Of a DNA stretch of 64,000 nucleotides, positions 38,546 through 47,383 are shown piece by piece (positions within the stretch are counted from its first letter, which is position 1; every line of letters starts with the position of its first letter). The DNA is from Lophium mytilinum (Eukaryota), in contig MU004196.1 of the NCBI GenBank assembly GCA_010093605.1, positions 1,200,606 to 1,264,605 of the forward strand, in the 5' to 3' direction. Position numbers and translations under genes: made by a program. Under the pieces are notes generated by a model, which made no database searches, was not told the DNA's origin, and worked only from the letters and a program-made list of their open reading frames with translations.

Positions 38546-38640
38546 GCCGATGTCTACTTACGAGCTGTGCAAATTAGACTGCCTCCCGACTGACTACCTA
38601 CTGAGTAGCTAGACTACCTCTTACCGTGGCACCGAGCGAG
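38546..38640 (+). repeat. Direct repeat, right copy (about 95 bp)
   Basis: Matches 37521-37615 (gcc.atgtcta...attagactgcctc...agctag...gtgg.a.cgagcga). Confidence 0.8.
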
Positions 38641-39161
38641 CAAGATTTGGGCCAGACGACGATAGATCCCTAGGCAGGCCTATAAAATAGTACTGTACTA
38701 GTGATCTGGTAAGGTAGGTTGTTTCTGTGATAGAGGTTAAATGTCAGAAGGAGTTTTGTTTACTGACTTCTGATACAGTAGGCTCGAGTTATATTTGAAT
38801 TTTACCGTCCTTAAACAGTTCCAGGAATAGCTTAGAGACCGAGGAGAATCGTAGAGAGGAGGTGTTTACGGATATTCGATAGATAACGAGCTGATAGATT
38901 TAAAGTATGCTGAGCGGTAACCGCAATATGAAGACAAAGCCATTGTCTCTTAACGGCCATAAAAACGTCGGTAAAACTTCAGCTATGGATGTAGAAAGCT
39001 TCACAAGGTCTTTTTCGACCAACGAAGTCCTTTGTTTATGCTGAGACACCCTTGAACAAAGAGATCTTCCTTATGCTTGATAAAGCTCCCCAACCTCATA
39101 TACTTAGTCTGCAGCATATTCTACACAGATTTGATTTGCTCAATTTGATACACTGAAAATC

Positions 39162-40301
39162 ATGTCGACTCTCGGTTCGAGATGCAGTGAAGTCGTCAAG
39201 CAAGGTCTCGAGTCACTTAGAAGCCTTTTTGCAGAAGAAGATGCTCTCCCCGTCGCGCAACACGACGCCCATCCGCGAAGTGAAACCTCTAGCCCGATAG
39301 AGACCATCTCTTCGCCACAAGCAGCGCAAGAGCAAGATACTCCGCAGTCAAGTCCAAAGCTTTCAGTACCTCACAACGGGAGATGGATCTTTGCTGTAGA
39401 AGAAGAAACCGATTACACATTCGGACCCGCGCGGATGATCGAGGCATTTGATCACGGCCACTCTTGCGCCGCCATGCTTCTATCATTCGGGCTCTCACAA
39501 AAAATAAAAGCGGCCCTGAATGATCGCCGATCATTGCAAGATTGGCATATCCAAGTCCAGCTACAACGAGAGCATATCGCGGCTCGCGATGGCGAACTGA
39601 ACGCGAGCTTCTTCCGACAAGACATTCAACTTGAAAAGCTGGAGATCGCGGCTCGGAAGATGGGCGACGACGTTTCAGCTGAACTCCAACAGAAGATGAA
39701 AGAGCTTCAGGCTTCAAGGAGAGATATTACAGTGCAGCGAGCTAAGCTGGAGGAGGAGGAGAAGCGAATAGACGACCGTTGGCAAATGGCCCTCTCTCAA
39801 CAACGAGTGCTTCGTGAAGAGGTAGACGTCATACTCGAAGACGTTTTCGTGAACTGTCAGCTACTGCAAGAGCCCCAGGATCCTTCATTTGGGCAGCACA
39901 ATGCATATCCGCCAGTTGCACGGCGATCATGCGTCCAAGGTGACGATGACAGTGATTACTTGGCTCCGGGGGACATCACCTATCCAGAAGATACCGGAAA
40001 AGCAGTTCTCTATCCAGAGAATACTAGAGAGGCAGCTCGCTATCCAGAGAATACTAGAGAGACCGAAGATAGTCCAACTGCACACCTGGAGCGCGACGGC
40101 GCTAACCCGTCTCGCAAGCGGATACACGATTGGCTGGATAACTCTGGTGGCGAAAGCATAAGTCCGCCTCCACCATCGGAGCCTGAGATGGATCATTGGT
40201 CGGTTGATTCAGACAAGCGGTTTGAAAGTGTAAGTGTGCTTGCTGAAGAGCCTCTTAGAAAGAAAATCGACTGGTGGAGACAGAAGACTCGTCAAGACTA
40301 G
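39162..40301 (+). CDS. Acidic coiled-coil protein, copy 1 (internally shortened)
   Basis: Intronless 379 aa; EETDYTFGPARM, SFGLSQKI, EVDVILEDVFVNCQLL, C-terminal WSVDSDKRFESVSVLAE..RKKIDWWR. Confidence 0.8.
   Translation: MSTLGSRCSEVVKQGLESLRSLFAEEDALPVAQHDAHPRSETSSPIETISSPQAAQEQDTPQSSPKLSVPHNGRWIFAVEEETDYTFGPARMIEAFDHGHSCAAMLLSFGLSQKIKAALNDRRSLQDWHIQVQLQREHIAARDGELNASFFRQDIQLEKLEIAARKMGDDVSAELQQKMKELQASRRDITVQRAKLEEEEKRIDDRWQMALSQQRVLREEVDVILEDVFVNCQLLQEPQDPSFGQHNAYPPVARRSCVQGDDDSDYLAPGDITYPEDTGKAVLYPENTREAARYPENTRETEDSPTAHLERDGANPSRKRIHDWLDNSGGESISPPPPSEPEMDHWSVDSDKRFESVSVLAEEPLRKKIDWWRQKTRQD
39981..40070 (+). repeat. 30-bp coding minisatellite, 3 units (YPE[DN]T)
   Basis: tatccagaagatacc at 39981; tatccagagaatactagaga at 40011 and 40041. 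Confidence 0.85.
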
Positions 40302-41042
40302 GTAATCGGAATTGACCAAAGTCGTTTCTCTCCTTTCTCTTGACGGTCTTTCTTCACATGTGTTCGACGTGATCTTTGCATTGAAGCGTACAAGTTAGTC
40401 CTGAATACAAAAGTTCACCAACCTTCTATTCTGACACATTACCAGTTCCAAATGCTCGTGATTTTGTCGTGACTTGCCAAATTGCCAGTGCTCTTTCGAT
40501 TCCGAACACAGAACTTGAGATGGATATCTCTCTGAAAAGGGAAGTCCATGGATATCAAGTCTAATCCAGACCCAATGTCCACCTCTGGATTCCGTCAATC
40601 CACTCTTTAGGCTCTTTGAATCTTTCCCTCGCTAGTCTGTGAAAGTATAGTCGGTTAGTAGTGAAGGGTGTACGTTAAAATTAGAGCCGCGTTCTTGGTT
40701 TACTGTCTTACTTTTCAAGATGAAGTGTTGTGCCTAGGACCAACAGCTTCGGTGGCAAATGCGCCGACCCCGCTCTACCCTAGGAACGACCTGACCTGAG
40801 CAGCTAGCTTCATAACCCTATGTACCACCACCTTTCGCAATTGACGTCAACACCCACGGCAAGATTGCTGTCGGCGTGGGATGATGCGCACTGCCCGCTT
40901 CCGGCCGCGGACCGCTTCATCTGACAACGCCCAGTAGTTGAACTATTTGAATCCCCGATTACATCTCGACGACACCAATCCAAACCCGCTTGAAATTCAA
41001 TAGCTGTGAAATCGATCTTCACAACTAAAAAAGGGTACCAAA

Positions 41043-41925
41043 ATGTCGCAGATCATTTTATTCGACCTACCCTCCAAAGATCGCTGTGCCTGCTGGTCTT
41101 ACAACCCTTGGAAAAGTATATCTCGTGATTTCCTTTCTCATACAAAGTATCAGACTAACACCAATTTCTAGCTCGACTCACTCTCAATTTCAAGGGTGTA
41201 GACTATACGACGGAATGGCTCGAGTATCCCGACATAGCAGCTAGGCTGAAGTCTTTGTCAGTGTACTATTTCTCTCATCAAAAGCTATTGCGTCTAACAC
41301 GTTATGTCCAGCGACATCCCTCCAAACAAGAAAGGAGCAGAGTACACTATCCCTGCAGTGCGTCTCGCAGATGGAACCTATCTGATGGACTCCTTCCCGA
41401 TCGCGGAAGCTCTCGAGAAGGCCTACCCAGCCCCGTCCCTACATCTTGACTGGGAGAAATTGCCAGAGGTGATCGAGAAAATAAACCAACTCTCGGAAGC
41501 CACCACGCCGTGGTGGAAGGCGAAGGTTCCACGCAATCTCCTCTTGCCACGGTCAGCAGAGTACTTTTCTCGGACGAGGGGGCAGAGGTACAATATGCCT
41601 CTGGAACAGCTCGAGAAGGAGCTTGCCACCGAGGAGAAGTGGGTGGAGGTGAAGCCGATTTCTGGAGATTTGTGTGCTCTTTTGAAGGCGAGTGGAGGCC
41701 CTTACTATAAAGGAACTACTCGTAAGTTTCAAACTTTATGATCCAAAGCGGCATGGAGGCTTATGTAGAGATTTAGCATCTTATGCGGATTTTGTGACGG
41801 TGGGATTTCTGCAGTGCGTGAAGAGAGCTGATGAGAGTGTTTTTGAGAAGCTTGTGGGTCTGGAACAAGAGCTGAAAAAGCTTTATGATGCGTGCGGAAA
41901 GTGGTTAGAGAGGGATGACCATTAA
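41043..41925 (+). CDS. Glutathione S-transferase family protein, 3 introns
   Basis: MSQIILFDLPSK..CWSYNPWK|.RLTLNFKG..Y.TEWLEYPDI, YTIPAV...MDSFPIA..LE..YP, SYADF. Confidence 0.88.
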
Positions 41926-42254
41926 GAACAACAGGAAACGGTAGGAAGACTAGATTCATCGAACTCTGAGGTCATGATGTTTGTGAGCCTTGCGTACTTT
42001 GCAAGGGAGATCATCGTTTATCTAGCATTCTGAACACGAAGTATCAGTTTCATTTTCAAACGCGCCTAGTCATAGCCCTTGGCTCCTTGTCACTTTCTGC
42101 CTCTAATGGTCTCGAAATTTTGCAACCGTGCTATCATTCTATGTTCTATCAGTATGGTAGTTCTGTGATATCATTCTTGAAATAGAAAGTCTACACAAAC
42201 GCACTCAACCTTACTTTTTCGTTACCTTCGTCCATTCATCGCTAATTATGTCAT

Positions 42255-43046
42255 CTAGTCAAGAGATTCTTCGATAGCCTTCTCCATAAGATTCTTGAAG
42301 GTCTCTGCCAACAGCTCACAGCTCTCCACAGTAAGCTGACCTGAGATATCATTGACCTTACTATAGCTTACCGCAACGAGCGCCATGAGATGGACATTGC
42401 TCGTACTTTTTAGCGTAAAATTGTTCCACGCGTAACGCACTTCCAGCGGCTCATACGGCGTTTGATTATCGCCGCCGCCCGATGCGTCGTTCTGCATCTT
42501 CATCGCCATGTAGTTAGCGCGTACGTCAGCAGGCTTGTGCCCAATTCCACGGCCAGAGTGGCTGTAAAGAGGTAAGGCCAGCAAATGGTCCGGAAATTTC
42601 GCGATTACAATCATGTATCGATTCTTCGTAGATGCAGGACCTATGGTGGACTCTGTACGAGCTGAGTGGCCGACAGGAATGGTTGGGTCACCGAGAGGCT
42701 CGAAATGTGGTGCGTTTATGATATCCCCAGTCGTGCTTTTGGCATAGCTCACGATGACAGGGCCGGTGGAGCGCCCAAATCCTGTGTTGCGTGATGTGGT
42801 AGAAGCGTTAGAGCCTAATGTCATCCTCTGCATTCCGGTGCTGATGTTCGAAGGGTTGGCGGTGGTCCTCCATTGTCCGCCCATTGGATTATTGCTGACA
42901 TGTGATGCGTTAGAAGCAGCGTAGGGAGCGCGTCTAGCATTGCTTGCAGCACTTACTTGGGATGTATTCCAGTTTGAACGAGCAGCCCCTGCTTGACTTG
43001 ATCGCCAGACGCCGCCATTGGCAGTGGGAGCATTTTTTAAAACCAT
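42255..43046 (-). CDS. DUF6590-like / PemK-MazF-like protein, copy 2
   Basis: Intronless 263 aa; N/S/G-rich N-terminus, then GDIINAPH.EPLGD...ESTIGPASTKNRYMIV...LPLYSHSGRGIG. Confidence 0.8.
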   Translation of the reverse strand: MVLKNAPTANGGVWRSSQAGAARSNWNTSQVSAASNARRAPYAASNASHVSNNPMGGQWRTTANPSNISTGMQRMTLGSNASTTSRNTGFGRSTGPVIVSYAKSTTGDIINAPHFEPLGDPTIPVGHSARTESTIGPASTKNRYMIVIAKFPDHLLALPLYSHSGRGIGHKPADVRANYMAMKMQNDASGGGDNQTPYEPLEVRYAWNNFTLKSTSNVHLMALVAVSYSKVNDISGQLTVESCELLAETFKNLMEKAIEESLD

Positions 43047-43535
43047 TCTGAGTTTGATCGCGCGGATGGTGTGACTGACGGTAGGAATTTGGTGTATCTT
43101 GACTGTAGCCAGATCGCGAGGCTACCTTGTAACTCGAGATTTGATGATGTTAACCTTTTGAGTGATTTGAAGAAATACCTGCAAAGGTGATGACGAAATA
43201 CCAAAAGGCGAGTAAGAATGGTTGGTAGATCGAAAGGACCTTGATGAGAGTGAGCATATCAATCATCTTTAAGGTCGAACGGGACCGGAACAATAACATT
43301 GTATTATTTCCTGCGAGGGTTAAAGTGGGAAGGATGAACAAGACTTTGTATAGGTGATGTCGAATTTTCTGATCATTCTTTGTTCGATTACGCATCGTTG
43401 ACAAACAAAGCTACGTTGCTGAAGCCGAGAAAAGAGAATAAAGACTCGCAGGCCCTCATCGACCACAAAATAAAATTGCTGTCCCTCAGAGAACCTACTT
43501 ACTTGAAACCACAGAATTAGGTTGAAAATTGCGCC

Positions 43536-44897
43536 ATGGCTGTCACCGACTTCGTTAAGCAAACATTGCAATTTGTTGCGGGCAGATATCATGCCCTCAC
43601 GCGCATGGCAGACGAGTCGACCACATCGCTGGCAATAAGAGCGGAAGAAGACGCGATTCCTGAGGAGACTGCTCCACTGACGGTAGAAGAGGCCATGTTT
43701 CCACCAGCTGTTGGTTGCTTTTTTGGGGAAGAGGAGGAGAACGACTACACTTCTGGCCCTGCAAAGATGGTAGTAGTGAACGATGGGGCTAACGCGTCTG
43801 CTGCTCTCCTTCTTTCATACGATCTTTCAAAGAAGATCCAAGACGCTGTAATGGGCGATCGCGTACTCCAAGAGCTAGGGCTTCAAATCGATCAACAACG
43901 CAGCAATATCAATGCTCGCGAACAGGATCTACGCTACACTATTCTACGAATTGATCGTAAAATCGAGAGGCTCGAACTCAAGTTCAAGAAAGCTAGTAAG
44001 CTCACAGATGAACAGGTTCGCGAAACGGAGGAGCATAGAGCGGCCATCAGCGACCTAGAAAAGCAACGGGCAGACCTCGAGCTAGAAGATCATGATCTTC
44101 GGGAACGTTGGGAAGCAGCTCAGCAACGACAGCAGATGCTTCAAAGAGAAGTGAACGTCATCATGGAAGACGTCTTTGTCAAATGCCAACTTTTGCCACC
44201 ACAAGAGTCATTCGATGGCTCTCAGATGGAGCCATTCGATGGCGAGGGTTCAGATCAGTTTCCTGATGCCCCGGAAGGACTCGAATTCGAGAACCACCTT
44301 GGCGAAATTCCTCAGGCCCAGAATGTGACGGATGACTATCAAGATGTCGCTATGCAGGCGAGCACAAATCTGGAGCACCGCAAAGGTGATTTGATCCGGG
44401 CCCAGCGGAGTTTCGACACTTACCAAACCGGGTATGATGCTTCCCTTCAACAATATCTCTCCACTCAAATTAACCGCCCAATCATTGACTCACAAACAGA
44501 ACATGATCTACTCCATCTACAACGTGGGCGCACCCTTACGCGGCGCCTAATTGATGCCGAAGAGGCTCTCGAGGCCGCGGAGATAGCTGCCAAAGCCGCG
44601 AGATGCCCTACCAATTACTTCCAAGAGTCTCATTTCGGGGACGGCACTGATGATGGGTATCGCGAGAGTCAAGAGGCCGCAATAGCTGCCCAGGTTGACC
44701 GTAAGAAAATCGAGGCGTGGCTGGCGAAGGAACCCGCAAACGGAGATATGAGGAGGCCGAGTGAGGCTAAAACGGAGCCGGAGGTTGATGAGTGGAGCGT
44801 GGATGAGGAGAAGCCGTTTGATAGTGTAAGTGTCCTGGCGGAGGGGTCGCGGAGGAAGAAGATTGATAAGTGGCGGCGCCGGACCGGTGCATATTGA
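43536..44897 (+). CDS. Acidic coiled-coil protein, copy 2
   Basis: Intronless 453 aa, clearly paralogous to 39162 and 47384 (ENDYTSGPAKM, EVNVIMEDVFVKC, WSVDEEKPFDSVSVLAE). Confidence 0.85.
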   Translation: MAVTDFVKQTLQFVAGRYHALTRMADESTTSLAIRAEEDAIPEETAPLTVEEAMFPPAVGCFFGEEEENDYTSGPAKMVVVNDGANASAALLLSYDLSKKIQDAVMGDRVLQELGLQIDQQRSNINAREQDLRYTILRIDRKIERLELKFKKASKLTDEQVRETEEHRAAISDLEKQRADLELEDHDLRERWEAAQQRQQMLQREVNVIMEDVFVKCQLLPPQESFDGSQMEPFDGEGSDQFPDAPEGLEFENHLGEIPQAQNVTDDYQDVAMQASTNLEHRKGDLIRAQRSFDTYQTGYDASLQQYLSTQINRPIIDSQTEHDLLHLQRGRTLTRRLIDAEEALEAAEIAAKAARCPTNYFQESHFGDGTDDGYRESQEAAIAAQVDRKKIEAWLAKEPANGDMRRPSEAKTEPEVDEWSVDEEKPFDSVSVLAEGSRRKKIDKWRRRTGAY

Positions 44898-45644
44898 CTT
44901 TTTTCTTCTAGCTCTTCTTTGCTTTGCAATCAAGCGAGCATTCTCGCCACTTTATAGAGAGCCTGTTTTCATAGCTTGACAGAATTTCATTACCGCAGTA
45001 CCATTATCAGACTTTTCCTGCCTGTTGAGCTTAAAGAAGAAGGTTTAAATCTAAACCTAAGACCCCCTTGAGTATTCGTTGAAGAAGTAGTCAGCAATTC
45101 TTACATATTAAACAAAACTTCTCCCCGAGTCCTAGTGCGAATTCAGATCCGCCCTCAAACGCTTATTATTCTTTGTGAAATGACTGATCCGTTAGTGACA
45201 CCTTGAAAGCCCTTTACTCAAGAAAATATCGTATCTATGAAGAAGCAACCTATTACGTTAATGCTGGACAGGGAATTTACTAGGTACGGCTTCAAGTGAT
45301 GGCGCAATCTGCCCTTCATAATGCAATTCTAGGCGCTCTTCCGATGAGGGATGCTAAACTGTGTGTTACCGAACTTCTAGACCATTGGCTGAGCTTCGTA
45401 GCAGAATTTATCGTCACGTATCAAGTTCATTTGGAGCGAGAGAGTATGGGGGAGGGATTGCATTGTACTTACTAACATTGTGTCATTGGGGTTTGTCACC
45501 TTGTCAAGTCTTCAATAGAGTTGCTGGATAGATGACCACGTTGGCGGCCATCCGAGAAAACCATCGGGAAAGCGCATGCACTGCGATCTCGATCATTCTT
45601 TAGTCTTTCTAGTTGCTGGCTCGATATCATCCCGGCTAGAAGAC

Positions 45645-46136
45645 TTATTTAGCAGATTTCGCAATGAGATCCTGAAGGGTCTTTAGCATAGCTTTACGAC
45701 TCTGGACAGTGAGCTTACCAGCCACACAATTCGCCTTCCCGTAGCTGATCACACACGGCGCCATCAGGTGCACATTATATGTGCTCCTGAACGGTCCATA
45801 TCTGATGTCTAGCGGTGGGTATGGAGTGTGATTATCACACTCCTCTATTGGGGCTGTGTCGAGCTTCAGTGACATGAGCTCTGAATGCACCTCTTCAGGC
45901 TTATGCCCGATACCGCGACCGCTGTGAGTGTAGAGAGGGATAACGATCATGTGTTGCAGTAGCTTGATAAGCACAATCAGATACCGCATTTTCGTTGATA
46001 CTGCTCCGACGGTGCTCTCAGAACGGGCGGCACTGCCGAGGGGAACGCTCATATCGGCGAGGGGCGCGACGTGAGGTACGTTGATGATTGTTAGTAGCTG
46101 TACAGGGCATACGTAACCAGACCTACCCTTGCTCAT
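45645..46136 (-). CDS. DUF6590-like / PemK-MazF-like domain, copy 4 (in frame behind the stop of copy 3)
   Basis: IINVPHVAPLAD...SESTVGAVSTKMRYLIV...IPLYTHSGRGIGHKP; lacks the low-complexity N-terminus. Confidence 0.6.
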   Translation of the reverse strand: MSKGRSGYVCPVQLLTIINVPHVAPLADMSVPLGSAARSESTVGAVSTKMRYLIVLIKLLQHMIVIPLYTHSGRGIGHKPEEVHSELMSLKLDTAPIEECDNHTPYPPLDIRYGPFRSTYNVHLMAPCVISYGKANCVAGKLTVQSRKAMLKTLQDLIAKSAK

Positions 46137-46139
46137 GCT

Positions 46140-46991
46140 TCAAGCATCCTCAAGCCCCCTTGTCATAAGCTGCTTGAACGTCTGAGTAATCCCGACAATG
46201 CTCCGCGCCCCAATCTGTCCAACCACTGCTTTCACACTCTTGTAGTTGATGACCACCGGCGCTATCACGTGGGCGTTAGTTGAATCCTTCAGTCTAAACT
46301 TGGAGGAGTCCGCGTATCTCACCTCCAGCGCTGGATGTGGCGTCTCGTTAGTATGATCCTCTTCTTTGACGTCATGTGCCCTCAATGCCATATACTCTGC
46401 CCTAATATGTGCTGGCTTGAACCCGATACCGCGTCCAGTGTGTGAGAAGAGCGGACATGCGATCATGTGTTGAGGAAATTTAGCTAGCACAATCATGTAG
46501 CGGTACTTTGTGGAGAGAGGACCAATCGTACTTTCAGTTCGACTTGGATCGCCAACGGGCACGTTAGGGTCGGCTAAGGATGCGGCGTGTGGTGCGCAGA
46601 CGATGTCTCCGCGTTCGACGTCGTTGTATGTGAGAGGGACAAGAGCGCCGGGCAGGCTAATGTTGCCGGAGGTTGAGAAAGCTGAGGCGCGGGAATTAGT
46701 GCTCAGTTGTGACTGGCCAGTGCCAGAGGCATTGGCCCTCCATTGAGGGGTGCTTTGGCCAGGAGCATTAGAAGGTATGTTTTGGGGACCGGCAGTTGTC
46801 CGCCATGCTCCGTTCGGCCTCGATGCGTTTGTGCTCGCAGCAGTAGTGCCTGCGCGAGGCATTTGGTTGCCGTATATCGATTGTCGCGAGCTGGAGGCTG
46901 CGCTTACCTGGGAATTGGCGTAGAGATTTGAACCGGCTCTCGAGGCTGGTCCTAGAGCGTGACCGGCTGGCAAGTTGGCTCCCCTCGGCAT
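46140..46991 (-). CDS. DUF6590-like / PemK-MazF-like protein, copy 3
   Basis: Intronless 283 aa; RGDIVCAPH...RTESTIGPLSTKYRYMIV...CPLFSHTGRGIG. Confidence 0.8.
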   Translation of the reverse strand: MPRGANLPAGHALGPASRAGSNLYANSQVSAASSSRQSIYGNQMPRAGTTAASTNASRPNGAWRTTAGPQNIPSNAPGQSTPQWRANASGTGQSQLSTNSRASAFSTSGNISLPGALVPLTYNDVERGDIVCAPHAASLADPNVPVGDPSRTESTIGPLSTKYRYMIVLAKFPQHMIACPLFSHTGRGIGFKPAHIRAEYMALRAHDVKEEDHTNETPHPALEVRYADSSKFRLKDSTNAHVIAPVVINYKSVKAVVGQIGARSIVGITQTFKQLMTRGLEDA

Positions 46992-47383
46992 CGTGCTTGA
47001 TCAGAAATTTGATTGAATATCTTTGGTGGAAGGATATGCTGAATGGTATGGTCCGATACAAGTTTGGATGAAGCAATTGCAGCGATATTCTGATATCTGG
47101 GGGCAGTGTTTCTGAGGGTAACATGAAAAGCTCGTCTGTAATAAGAAGAACGGAAACAAGCATTGTAAGGCCTACCAAGAAAGAAGAGAAAACAATGTTG
47201 CAACACGTCAGAGATCAAATTAATCAATGTTCTTTCAAAAAGGGTATTAACTTCTTTGTTGATGCTGACACTTCCTCCATAAAGAACGTTGTGTAGAACA
47301 CATCAATGATGATAAGCCCGCGATTCTTCAATAAATGTCCGAACTAACAGTCCTCTCTCTGCAAACTCCACTTACACACGAAC

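Noticed and set aside
43460..43472. Ndt80/MSE-like CACAAAA site in the module 2 promoter
   Set aside because: Short motif not found at matching positions in modules 1 and 3; chance occurrence is likely.
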